This document shows, one piece after another, positions 41,746 through 52,074 of a DNA stretch of 64,000 nucleotides. The stretch is from positions 8,480,001 to 8,544,000 of the forward strand of contig OY762007.1 in the NCBI GenBank assembly GCA_963665115.1, read 5' to 3'. Source of the stretch: an uncultured Rivularia sp. Lineage in GTDB: Bacteria; Cyanobacteriota; Cyanobacteriia; Cyanobacteriales; Nostocaceae. Made by a program: the position numbers and the translations under genes. How positions within the stretch are numbered: position 1 is the first letter of the stretch; the number at the start of each line of letters is the position of its first letter. The notes below the pieces were generated by a model that did no database searches, was not told the DNA's origin, and saw only the letters and a list, made by a program, of their open reading frames with translations.

Positions 41746-43584
41746 CTATCCACTAATGCTATTAGCCATTCGAGAGGGAAGAAAACCTGAGTAGCATTCT
41801 TTACGGCGTTTATTTCGTCTTTCAATCCGTCTTTCTACTATTTCTAAACGGTTCTGCAAACCTCTGAGAACCCTAATAGCTCTGGAGTCTTGAAAACTAT
41901 TTTGACCGAAGTCTGTAAATGCTTTGGGGTCGCGTTTAGTACCCACTAACGATATAAATTGAACTTGAGTAAGGCTTGGTTTTACTCCAGGTAGGAAACT
42001 AGCTAGGCTGTTTTCGTCGGCGAATTTCCCTTTAGCTGTGGGGATAGGTTGATACAGCGCTCCGGGCATATTAGGAATAAAAGCCATATATTGATATTGA
42101 ATCCAAGCGATGGCCGAGTGTTGCGGACCTGCGGTGAAAATCATTTGTGTCAAAATGTCTATTAACTGGTCGCGATTTGTGAGACTTTCTGGTAGGGAAA
42201 CTATACCAAAACCACCTTCAATAACAGGTTTCCGTAAAGCTTGAAGCCAATTTTTTAACTCGAAATCCTGGCTAATATCTCGGTTGGATTTGTAATAAAT
42301 TCCGATATATCTACTCACGTAGTCTTCTAAGGTATTCCAGACGAGCAACCCGTCATCTCGATAGGGAAAATCTCTTAAAGTAGAAGGATTATCAACGCCA
42401 CGCTGACGTAAATAGGTGGGAAAGGCAAAATCGCTGAAGTTGTTAAAATACTCAGATACACCTCGTTCGCTGAGTTGTAGCGAGCTTTCTAAGGTACCCG
42501 GTAATATAATATCTACCGCTCCCCCCGGATTAATTAACACTTGATCTGCAAGGCTATTGATTGCCATTGTGAACTCAAAATGAGGCTTTAAAAGTACGTT
42601 AACCGGATGATTCGCAGCTAGCTGACGTACTGTAGCTAAGGCAATTGGTTCCATCACCAGATGAGTTTGTCCCAAATGACGGTACAGTTGATTGACATAA
42701 AAATCAGCCATCTGGGCAATTAATTTAGCTAACGTCCAGTCAACACCATCGAAGGGCGTACAAAGCAAACTTTCTCCCGGTACCTGTCCCAATTGGATGG
42801 CAATAGGGATTAACTGCCAATCTCCGCGAATTCTTTCAGCTAAATAGAGTGCAATCGGGGCACTGAGAAATTTGTTTTCTTCGGGCTGAATGCCATCGAG
42901 TACTGCATAATCAGTGACAAATAAACCACCTCCTCGGATAGCGCCTTCAAGAGTTTGATGAATGCGCTTCCTACGTCTTTTTGCACTGAGAACCCGTTGA
43001 AAAATCTCATCGGTTATCCCCAGCTTGTCGCGAAGATTGTAATCAAGCGTTAAAACATTCTTCAGTTCCATTGGATTGGGACCAGAAAGCCGCTGTTGTG
43101 CAAACACATCGTCGCTGCGGAAGTCTTGAGAAATATCGGGTAAGGGTAGAACGGGAAACAGTGCGGCGTAATCATCAAAGCTTTGAAACGGTTTTGGATT
43201 TTCTAGAAATGCTTGTTGATTAACTGCTATTTTCTCCGATAAAGTTGCTCGATTGTTTTGATATCCTTCAGAAAATGCTTCTTGCTCGGGTAAAGTCTCC
43301 ACGCGAGGTGAATTAGGTAGCCGCAAATCCAAGCGATATTCTTCGCGAGTTTTTGCCAGTTGCATTTGGCGTTCTTGTTGAGCTGCGGGTGAATCCTTTT
43401 GAGGCAAGCTTGGGATGGTAGGATTATCGGGCGGTTGAGGTTTCGAGGGTTTAGTGTCATTTCCCAGTAAAGTTTCTAAACCAGGAGTACAAACTAAAGC
43501 CATCAGCCCCATCATGGTTCGGCGCGAGAAAACATACTGCTCAAGTATCTGTTCTCGTCGTTGTTTCGGAGTTGGCGATCGCAT
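41746..43584 (-). CDS. Lipoxygenase with a Tat-like leader
   Basis: FAQQRLSGPNP, PIAIQL, WTLAK, HLGQTHL, FPYRDDG, IFTAGPQHSA, NSISG end. Confidence 0.9.
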   Translation of the reverse strand: MRSPTPKQRREQILEQYVFSRRTMMGLMALVCTPGLETLLGNDTKPSKPQPPDNPTIPSLPQKDSPAAQQERQMQLAKTREEYRLDLRLPNSPRVETLPEQEAFSEGYQNNRATLSEKIAVNQQAFLENPKPFQSFDDYAALFPVLPLPDISQDFRSDDVFAQQRLSGPNPMELKNVLTLDYNLRDKLGITDEIFQRVLSAKRRRKRIHQTLEGAIRGGGLFVTDYAVLDGIQPEENKFLSAPIALYLAERIRGDWQLIPIAIQLGQVPGESLLCTPFDGVDWTLAKLIAQMADFYVNQLYRHLGQTHLVMEPIALATVRQLAANHPVNVLLKPHFEFTMAINSLADQVLINPGGAVDIILPGTLESSLQLSERGVSEYFNNFSDFAFPTYLRQRGVDNPSTLRDFPYRDDGLLVWNTLEDYVSRYIGIYYKSNRDISQDFELKNWLQALRKPVIEGGFGIVSLPESLTNRDQLIDILTQMIFTAGPQHSAIAWIQYQYMAFIPNMPGALYQPIPTAKGKFADENSLASFLPGVKPSLTQVQFISLVGTKRDPKAFTDFGQNSFQDSRAIRVLRGLQNRLEIVERRIERRNKRRKECYSGFLPSRMANSISG

Positions 43585-43788
43585 AAAAGTATTCTCCCCA
43601 AAAAATTTGTTGCTCTTGCTTATTACTAGGAGCGGTTGAGTACTATATATGCACTTAACATCCGTTAATAAATAAAAATTGAGCTATAGAATATTCACGT
43701 AAAAAATCAAACAATAAATAATTACTTCAAGGTTAAACTTTCGATTACGAATAATTGAAACACTAATTCATAATTTATACAAAATAAT

Positions 43789-44527
43789 TTAGAATATTGG
43801 TTTTTCAAAGAATAGTAGAGAAAGAAAGAAATCCATAATAAAAATCATTACCCAACTACTGACAACAGCTTTAGTTGACGATTCTCCTACTTCCTTGGCA
43901 CCTCCACAGGTAGATAAACCGTAGCAACAACCGATAAAAGCAACTAAAACTCCGAAAATAAAGCCCTTCAACAAGATAATAAATAAATCCGACGGTTCTA
44001 GAAAACTTCTGACCGATTCTAAGAATATTTCTGGAGCTACTTGATAAAATTCCCCTGCGGCGAAAATTCCGCCAATAATTCCCGTTACCAAGGAAAAAAT
44101 CGTTAATATTGGTAATAGCAAACAACAAGCAACCACTCTAGGAAGAACCAGATAATCAATCGGATTAGTTCTCAACATATACAGCGCATCAACTTGTTCG
44201 GTGACAATCATTGCACCAATTTCCGCAGCAAAAGCCGAACCAACTTGCCCCGCAATGATACTAGCCGTCAAGATTGGCGCTAATTCTCGACAAAAAGCCA
44301 AAGCAAAAGCACCACCAACAGCATCAACAGCCCCAAACCGAACTAATTCTCTAGCAGTTTGAATCGTGAAAATCATACCTGCAAAAAAGCTTACAAGTAG
44401 CACGGGAGAAATTGAACCAGGCCCCAACTTTCACCATATGTTCTAAAATATTTCGGTAACAGGTTCTTCCTTGTAATAAACGCAACCAAACTTGACCAAA
44501 TAGCAGTAGAGCGGAAATCAAACGCAC
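43789..44527 (-). CDS. mlaE: MlaE permease; +1 frameshift in a G4 run at about 44423
   Basis: RELAP, GSAFAAEIG, EQVDAL, GGAKEVG; upstream frame from GTG 44527 reads VRLISALLLFGQVW...ILEHMVKVG. Confidence 0.85.
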
Positions 44528-44662
44528 AACTTATATTTCCTGCTTGCTTTTGGTTGCAATTCTACCGTCATTGACTATTTAGATGCCAATAATATTGTGG
44601 GTAAGAGGGAATGGGGAGTAGGGAACAGGGAAAAGGCAAGTATATGTAGCGGTTATCTTTCT

Positions 44663-44890
44663 TTATTCATCCAGATCGATCTCAATCAACTTCTGACGCG
44701 AGGAAGCCCCAGATTTTATACGGATATAAGATTTCGGGACGTTAAATTTTTTTGACAATACTTTGATTAATTCTTCGTTAGCCTTACCATCTACGGGTGG
44801 CGATTTTAAACGTATCGTAAGACTACCATCTTTCTCTTCAATAATTTTTTGCTCTTTAGAATTAGGTTTAACCTTAACTATTTTTTGCAT
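44663..44890 (-). CDS. DUF167 (YggU) family protein
   Basis: [24 protein letters not shown]. Confidence 0.88.
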   Translation of the reverse strand: MQKIVKVKPNSKEQKIIEEKDGSLTIRLKSPPVDGKANEELIKVLSKKFNVPKSYIRIKSGASSRQKLIEIDLDE

Positions 44891-45003
44891 AAATTTTCAT
44901 ATTGGGCATGGGGATTGGGCATGAATAATTAACTTAATAGCAAAAAGTGCGTCATTAAATATAACGCACCTGACAAATTGATAATTGATAATTGTTAACT
45001 GAT

Positions 45004-45546
45004 TTAAAGTTGTCCTGGATTACCGTTACCAATTACAGAAATTTTATGTCGATAAACTAATTCGCCACCATACCAACCGGAAAGTCCGAGCAGTGTAGCT
45101 ACAACGGTAGAAATTCCTAATCCCCAAGGTAATACTGCTCCTGCGGTAGAACCCAATCGTAATACTAAATTAATTAAAGTTAACAACAAAGCAGCAATAT
45201 TAAGAGCCATATGTGCCCAACCAGCGGTGCGTAAACGGGTTCTTCCTATTCTGAAAAAGTCGAGCATTCCAGTTATAGCAGCCAAAATACCAGCAGCAAA
45301 ACCACCTACGATTAAATAGAAAGATGCTCTTGCCCAAAAGACATCACTAGTGAACCAGAAAATACCATCTGATAAAAACGCACCAACTAGAAAAGCAATT
45401 GGAAATTGTACTAAAATTGGGTGAATTGGATGTCCCAAAACTGCTACGGTACTGGGTACGCCAGCATCACGAAATTCTCTATCGTCTGTTTCTAAAACAT
45501 TAGGAATATTAGGAAACGGTGATGTTCTTCTATCTTGAGTATTCAT
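45004..45546 (-). CDS. DUF2231 membrane protein
   Basis: GHPIHPILVQFPIAF, HMALN, GWYGGELVYRH. Confidence 0.85.
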   Translation of the reverse strand: MNTQDRRTSPFPNIPNVLETDDREFRDAGVPSTVAVLGHPIHPILVQFPIAFLVGAFLSDGIFWFTSDVFWARASFYLIVGGFAAGILAAITGMLDFFRIGRTRLRTAGWAHMALNIAALLLTLINLVLRLGSTAGAVLPWGLGISTVVATLLGLSGWYGGELVYRHKISVIGNGNPGQL

Positions 45547-45642
45547 AATAAAAGGTTAAAGGTTAAAGGTTAAAGGTCAAAGGTCAAAGGTTAGTAATAT
45601 AATTTGGTAACTGCTAACTGCTAACTGCTAACTGTTCACTGA

Positions 45643-46383
45643 TTACTCTGTGGGGATTTTTTCAACGTAAGCTTCTGCTTGCATGATTAATTTACCAGCT
45701 TCTACTTCTAAACTTTTGACTGTTAGATCCATTCCATCTAAATCAAAGTTGCTTAGATTTAATAATTCGCTGGTTTGATTTACTAATGCTTCTGTTAATT
45801 CAGGGGAAGTTTCTTCTTTATCGCCATAATCAACGTTTTCCAAATTTACAGTTTTACCATCACTACTTACAGTCGGCACTGCGGAAAATGCAATTTGATG
45901 TGTTTCCCCTGATTCTTTTAATATTAAACTGGCTTCTAACTCTACTTTGCCACCACCCGGTAAACGAAAATCTACTTTTCGAGGAACGATACTTGTAGAT
46001 TTTCCATTAATATTAATTTTCTGGCTCATTAACTGCTGCTGCACGTATTCAGAATAGAAAGCGCGATTAATATCTTCTTCTAATAAAACAACTCGCGTAC
46101 TGCCTGTAGCGGGTTTGGTAAGTTCAATTTTTCCAAAAGCTGCCTTCATGGGATTGATAGCCACATCCTCAATGTGCATATCTAATTCTTCCATACGAAG
46201 GTCTTTATTCATTACCAAACCGTCACCATCAATATCAACAGAGTCTACCTCTCCCTGAACCGCTTTAACAGCATCGGTTTCGATATCTACGTCTAAATCT
46301 TCGACTTCATCCAACTGACTAGACATCCCTACTTCTGCGGCTTTGTTTAGCGCTTCTTCCCCTAATCCTTTAGTTTCTGGCAT
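45643..46383 (-). CDS. DUF2993 / LmeA-like protein
   Basis: Acidic beta-rich N-terminus, GEVDSVDIDG, GKIEL, LLEEDINRAF. Confidence 0.75.
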   Translation of the reverse strand: MPETKGLGEEALNKAAEVGMSSQLDEVEDLDVDIETDAVKAVQGEVDSVDIDGDGLVMNKDLRMEELDMHIEDVAINPMKAAFGKIELTKPATGSTRVVLLEEDINRAFYSEYVQQQLMSQKININGKSTSIVPRKVDFRLPGGGKVELEASLILKESGETHQIAFSAVPTVSSDGKTVNLENVDYGDKEETSPELTEALVNQTSELLNLSNFDLDGMDLTVKSLEVEAGKLIMQAEAYVEKIPTE

Positions 46384-46684
46384 TATGATATGTTCTCCGA
46401 TAGCAGCTTTCTTTAAGTCAATTTATGAGATTTATCAGCAAAAGTTATCTCCCTAATGGGGTAGGGAAGGTGTTTTATTTATCAGTCTTTAAGGATAAAT
46501 TTGATTTGAGAAGAGCAAAAGGTCAATGAAAGTTTTTTGAGTGCTGATTATAGATTAATTTGATGATATTGAGCAATTTTTGAAAACTATTGCAATAATT
46601 AAAAATCCCCTTCTCGACTTCCGGGAAGGGGTAAAATATTTTGAGTTAGTTCAGGTAATGTTTTATCTCAAATCCATAGGAGGT

Positions 46685-47627
46685 TTAAAGATAAATTGCT
46701 CGTATTTCTTGTAAGGTATTTTTTGTTTTAATTCCAGTTAGAATTGCTCTTAATACATCCACATCCTGTATTTGAGAAATTTCTGGTAAAAGTTTATTAC
46801 CTTCAGCACCAAATTTAACTTCTAAAAGTGCTTCAATACCTTCAAGTACTCCTTCTCGTATTCCTTCCTCTTTACCTTTTTCAATTCCCCGTTGCTCTAC
46901 ACTAGTTACATAAGGCATTTTTTTGTTCTCCTCATATTCAGTTACTTCATCCCAAAAACTGGTTTCTAATTCTTCAGGTAATCTCATCACCCAATCGATA
47001 AAGTGAAATAGGTTGATGATATCTTCTCTTTGATAACCTTTTTCGTAAAGTTGTTTGGTTAAATAAAGCTTCCATCGTTTGCGTACTTCGCTATCTTGAC
47101 GGGTTTCCTTAGCTTTCAAATGTGCCATTACTACTGTAGCAAAGGGATTTGAGCTTGCTTCAAGTTGATTCCATTGTTCGGCGTAATCAAGTAACTTAAC
47201 AATGGGAAACTTGAAATTAACTTCACAACCCCATAATTCATCGCGAAATTCGTTTGGTCGCCATGTCGCACGCTCGTCAGCTAAAATGGCAAAACTGGCT
47301 ATAGATTGATTGTAACGATCGAACAATCGGTAGTGGTAGATATACATCCGTTTCGCAAAGTCTTTTTCTTCATTACTTTGCACCTCCAGATGAATCAATA
47401 CCCATTGTTCAGTTTCCATCCTTTCGCCAAGCTTGAACCAGTTTATCTACAAACCTTTGTCCAAATTCAGCATCTCGAACTATTTGCTGTAATTCTTTAT
47501 CCAAGAAATTGTATCCTCGTTCCCAATCTATTTCTGCTGCTGCAATAGGAAAGAAGAATTCAATGCATTCGCGAAAGTAGATTTCGATTGCTTCTTTCCA
47601 AGGAGTATCGTATTCGTCAACTGGCAT
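46685..47627 (-). CDS. Rpn-like (PD-(D/E)XK, transposase_31-like) nuclease; +1 frameshift at about 47413
   Basis: YDTPWKEAI, FLDKELQQI, VDKL, HLEVQ, RMYIY, MPYVTSVE; GATGGAAACTGAA has one extra A. Confidence 0.8.
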
Positions 47628-47843
47628 TATGTGGGTTGGTAGATGTATGGAAGGATTATGGCATTTGAGGGGGTGTGGGGAGAAGTGCGATCGCGCTTTG
47701 GATGTAGTGGATTTTATAGCTGCTGGTTTTTGTTTTGGGGAAAGGGAGAAAGAATTTTGGAGTGTCTTAGTTAGCGGTAGTGATGTTTTAAAGAAAAAAA
47801 AATAATATTTAGCAAGATTCTAAAATATACTTATGGGTTCTTA

Positions 47844-48565
47844 TATAGCAATCCTAAATGATTCATGAGAAAACACCATACTCATAATTTTTTGAAAAGT
47901 CAAAAATTTGACCAGAAATCGATATCTCGAATAAAGCCTTGACTACAGAAAAAGAATGAGAGAAGAAGTAGAATTCTCGAATTAATCTTTTGGCTTGCAG
48001 CCAAATATCTTCAACAGGATTTTGTTGTGGTGCATTCGGAGCAAATCGATAAGCAGTCATTAACCAATGTTCTTTTTCAATACCATTATTTAAAGAGTTT
48101 AAATAGTCTTTGATAGCCTGGGAACGGTGATAGCTAGCGCCATCCCAAATTATTAAAAGTTTGGACTCCTCACGTTGCGCTCGCAAAAATTATAAGAAGT
48201 TAATTGTATTATCAGAATTTCCTTTTTCTGCCGGGTAAATTAAAAATTCCTTAGTTTTATAATCTAATCCACCCTCATTTAGTTTGGCGTTCCCTTTGAT
48301 TTACTATTGGGATTGAAATTCGTTAATTCTTCTTTCCCCAAACGTACCCTTCACTATCTCCCCAAAGCAAATGACATTCGTCAACCATAAATACAGCTAG
48401 TTCTCCAGACTCTATTTCGGTTCGTTTCGATTCCAGCAGCTCACATATTGCTTTTTTTTTGAAGCGACTAATTTTGAATCATACTTTGGATTATTAGCTT
48501 GAGTTTTTTTCCAACTAATTCCTGCTTTATTAAATAAATCATAATAACTTTGTTTTGACTCAAAA
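47844..48565 (-). mobile_element. Decayed, 5'-truncated IS630-family element
   Basis: FESKQSYY...WKKTQ, A9G slippery run near 48451, VDECH / IWDGASYH / NPVEDIW DDE motifs; in-frame TAA near 48324; end sequence TATAGCAATCCTAAATGATT. Confidence 0.85.
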
Positions 48566-48655
48566 TGTTAACGATTCTTGCTGCTTGTTTATCTTACAAT
48601 CAGAATGATACCTCAAAAGCCTGTTGTCAATAGGGTTTGAGATGCGCTTACCCTG
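48566..48655 (-). mobile_element. Probable terminal fragment of a second IS (ISAs1-like end)
   Basis: Minus strand begins CAGGGTAAGCGCATC and abuts the truncated IS630 ORF. Confidence 0.4.
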
Positions 48656-48937
48656 ATGGTATTTTGAATCCGACTTTACCCAAAACTGAAGCTGAAAAAC
48701 ACAAGGTTGTAAAAGTTAATCTGGGTGATGCTGCTTAATTCAGATCGTTCTAGGTCATAGAATTAGCAATATAATGTTTTAAGGTTTTTTGTAAATGATT
48801 AATCGCTTACAAAAAACCTTAATTTTTATATTAAATCAATTTATAACTTATGAAAGACAATGATTCTTCCTTAAGACGTAAAAAAATATAGATATCAACT
48901 TGTTTAATAGAAGTATTGATTATTATTAAAGACAATT

Positions 48938-49117
48938 ATGATTAAACAGTTAGTAACAATTGTTGTATTAAGCATGGTGCTATTATTTATAGTATCTCCC
49001 TTCAGCGCTCTAGCAGGCTTGATGCTGATACTATTTATTGCAGCAGCTTATAGTTTAGCTGTTAATTTATTTCGAGCATTTATCGGTAGTAGTGAAGCCG
49101 ATACGAAAAAATCTTGA
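48938..49117 (+). CDS. Small two-helix membrane protein (59 aa), below the ORF-track cutoff
   Basis: MIKQLVTIVVLSMVLLFIVSPFSALAGLMLILFIAAAYSLAVNLFRAFIGSSEADTKKS. Confidence 0.65.
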   Translation: MIKQLVTIVVLSMVLLFIVSPFSALAGLMLILFIAAAYSLAVNLFRAFIGSSEADTKKS

Positions 49118-49353
49118 CCATATTTTGAATTCAAAATTCAAAATTCAAAATTAATTCTATTTTAATTTTTAATTGCTAATGCAGGAATTGTTTTGACTTA
49201 AAGCACGTGGGAGAATGGTAACTCCGTACTTTTAAATCGGGGTGGAAATTCAACCTACCCATTCTTCTAGGTGGAAATTCTCCCCAAATATCCGATGTCA
49301 TATATAGATGCAAAAAGCCAAAATACAAACATCGGATTTATTAGAGAATTTTT

Positions 49354-50268
49354 ATGTCCTCACTACAAGCTTTATCAAACAACATTGCCGAAATCGTGGA
49401 ACAATCGGGTAAAGCAATTGTTTCAATCAACGCGAACAGACGCTTTTTCCCTAGCGGTATTCACTGGCGTAAAGGTATTATAGTAACTTCTGATGAATCT
49501 ATCAAACGTTACGAAGATATCACCGTAACTCTTGCAAACGGCGTAAAAGAACCGGTTTCACTCTTAGGACGCGACTCCAGCACCGATGTAGCAGTTTTCA
49601 AAATAGAAAATCCCGATCTTCCCGTAGCAACAATAGAAGACGCTGTAAATATCAAAGTTGGAAATTTAGTTTTGGCATTAGCTAGAAGCCAGGAAGGAGA
49701 TATTCGCGCTGCAATGGGTGCGGTTAGTGTCGTCAGTGGTGAATGGCAAAGTATGAGCGGTGGAAAAATCGATCGCTTCATTCGTCCAGACATTTCGCTT
49801 TATCCAGGATTTAGCGGCGGAGCTTTGGTAGATGCCCTCGGAAATATTGTCGGAATGAATACGACAGGAAGAAGAGGTACGGCTTTAACTATTCCTGCTT
49901 CTACAATAAATAGAGTTGTCGAACAATTAGCTACTAAAGGCAGAATTCCACGGGGTTATTTAGGTTTGGGAATGCAGCCAGTCAGATTACCAGATAATTT
50001 GAAAAATAATTTGAAAAATGCTCTCAATTTGACCTTTACTGGTGGTGTAATTGTCGTCAACGTTGAATCAAATAGTGCTGCTGAAAATGCAGGAATATTA
50101 TTAGGAGATGTTTTAGTCAGTTTTGATGATACTACCGTAGAAGATACAAATGATGTACTGGCATTATTAAATGACAGTTCCCGCATAGGTGAAATCGTCA
50201 AAATACAGCTTTTACGCGGTGGTGAATTAATCGAATTAAATTTAACCATCGGTGAACGAACAATATAG
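49354..50268 (+). CDS. S1C/HtrA-like protease domain plus PDZ; catalytic His apparently missing
   Basis: VTSDES in place of TNAH, DVAV, PGFSGG; RGYLGL PDZ loop, AGILLGDV; no signal peptide. Confidence 0.82.
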   Translation: MSSLQALSNNIAEIVEQSGKAIVSINANRRFFPSGIHWRKGIIVTSDESIKRYEDITVTLANGVKEPVSLLGRDSSTDVAVFKIENPDLPVATIEDAVNIKVGNLVLALARSQEGDIRAAMGAVSVVSGEWQSMSGGKIDRFIRPDISLYPGFSGGALVDALGNIVGMNTTGRRGTALTIPASTINRVVEQLATKGRIPRGYLGLGMQPVRLPDNLKNNLKNALNLTFTGGVIVVNVESNSAAENAGILLGDVLVSFDDTTVEDTNDVLALLNDSSRIGEIVKIQLLRGGELIELNLTIGERTI

Positions 50269-50358
50269 AGATTTAGAGTACTACGTCTTCAAATCTCGCG
50301 ATGAGGACGAAAAATATTGATGAAGCGGCAGGTATACGATAAAAAAATAGAAAAAATC

Positions 50359-50925
50359 ATGATTGCAAACTTCGTCAACATCTCAACAGAATTAACAGAT
50401 GTAGCTCAAAAAATTTGTAACTCATCTGTAAAAATCCGCAGTGGTGATACCGGAGTTGGCTCTGGTGTTATCTGGAAATCCGACGGTTTGATCGTCACCA
50501 ACGCTCATGTCGCATTCAGCAAAAAATTAACTGTAGAACTTGCAGATGGAAGAGAATTTACAGCAGTAAGAACGAAAATTGACCCCACAAAAGATTTAGC
50601 AGCTTTGAAAATTGATGCTACTAACTTAAATCCTGCAACTATTCGCGATCGCGATCGATTGCGCGTGGGTGAAATAGCTTTAGCTGTAGGTAATCCTCTC
50701 GGTGACACCAATGCAGTAACAACTGGAATTATTTCTCAAATTCAACACAACTGTATAATTGCCGACATTCAACTTTTTCCCGGTAATTCCGGAGGTGCTA
50801 TGACTGATAGTCGTGGAGCTATTATCGGGATTAACACCATGATTGCTTATGGTTTAGCCGTTGCAATATCAATAAATACAGTTGAGAAATTTTTGACATC
50901 TGCAAATGAGATCAAATTCGCTTAA
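50359..50925 (+). CDS. Short trypsin-like S1C protease without PDZ (start 50317-50359)
   Basis: GSGVIW, TNAHV, DLAAL, AVGNPLG, PGNSGG intact triad. Confidence 0.85.
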   Translation: MIANFVNISTELTDVAQKICNSSVKIRSGDTGVGSGVIWKSDGLIVTNAHVAFSKKLTVELADGREFTAVRTKIDPTKDLAALKIDATNLNPATIRDRDRLRVGEIALAVGNPLGDTNAVTTGIISQIQHNCIIADIQLFPGNSGGAMTDSRGAIIGINTMIAYGLAVAISINTVEKFLTSANEIKFA

Positions 50926-51175
50926 TTGCTTATTACTCCCATTCCGCTTATCAGATTACCTATCTGTTTTTACCTCTTTCCTCTGCATTCTCTGCACGCC
51001 ACTTGCTACAAGTCGGGGAAACCCGCCGTATTGCTCCCCTCCAAGCTCGGGAGTGGGCATAGGTGAATATAATTCGTAATATCACCCTCCGGGTGACGCA
51101 AGCTACGTAATTCGTGAGAGGAATTTGGAATGATTTTTTAGCACTTGAAAAGGTACAGAGTCAACACCTTAACTC

Positions 51176-51820
51176 ATGCCCAATTCCCAATCGATAATTC
51201 GAGTCGTAGTAATCGCTGTTTCCCCAGTTATAAGAATGGGGTTATCAGCAATGCTCGACGATAACCCAAAATTAGCTGTAGTTGAAAGTGGTGTGGATCT
51301 CGATTCTCTTACATCGAAAATTGAGCAGCTACAACCAGATGTGGTTTTGTACGATTGGAATGGAAATGATTATGAAACAATAACGCAACAGTTAGTTTCA
51401 GCAACTATTATCCTCACCGATGAACTTGAAGATATTAACTTAGGAACAGTTTTAGCTGCGGGGGTGAAAGGAATATTACCGCAAGATAGCGAGGAATCAG
51501 AAATTATCGCAGCCATTGAAGCGGTAGCTTCGGGATTAGTGGTATTACATCCAGAAATTGTTGATAATTTAGGGTTACATAAAGAAACGAACTTACAAAA
51601 AAAATCCGATCTCGACTCAATACAAACATTAACACCACGAGAAATTGAGATTTTGCAAATGTTGACCCGTGGATTGAGTAATAAAGCGATCGCGCAACAG
51701 TTACATATTTCCGATCATACCGTTAAATTTCACGTTTCCTCGATTTTTCAAAAGCTTAATATCTCAACACGTACCGAAGCTGTAGCTGTAGGAGTTAGAT
51801 TGGGTTTAATTATGTTGTAA
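51176..51820 (+). CDS. NarL/LuxR-type response regulator with an atypical receiver domain
   Basis: PDVVLYD receiver; LTPREIEIL...SNKAIA...TVKFHVSSIFQKL HTH. Confidence 0.9.
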   Translation: MPNSQSIIRVVVIAVSPVIRMGLSAMLDDNPKLAVVESGVDLDSLTSKIEQLQPDVVLYDWNGNDYETITQQLVSATIILTDELEDINLGTVLAAGVKGILPQDSEESEIIAAIEAVASGLVVLHPEIVDNLGLHKETNLQKKSDLDSIQTLTPREIEILQMLTRGLSNKAIAQQLHISDHTVKFHVSSIFQKLNISTRTEAVAVGVRLGLIML

Positions 51821-52074
51821 TATCTTGAACGGCAGCACAAATCCATAATTTTGGAATCTGAGTGAATTGTTAAGCCTTGCAAAGCAAAAATAAGCAAACC
51901 GCAATTCACCAGTAACACTCAAAGCAGTTATTAGCGTAAATATCTACTACTTCCCACTCCCTAAAGGAGTAATTGTTACCTTGATAGATTTCACTACTAT
52001 TAACTTATGTATTTAATAAAGATATATTGTTAACATTAGTAAAAAAGCTGAAAAATTTGGGGACTAATACTGCT

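Noticed and set aside
46685..47419. ATG 47419 as a programmed internal start of the Rpn-like gene
   Set aside because: It is in frame only because of the extra A, which matches the other likely sequencing indels; known Rpn internal starts lie near the C-terminus
51820..52030. Possible divergent sRNA upstream of hemH (ACTCC-CTAAA-GGAGT hairpin)
   Set aside because: No terminator, duplication or recognisable family to support it
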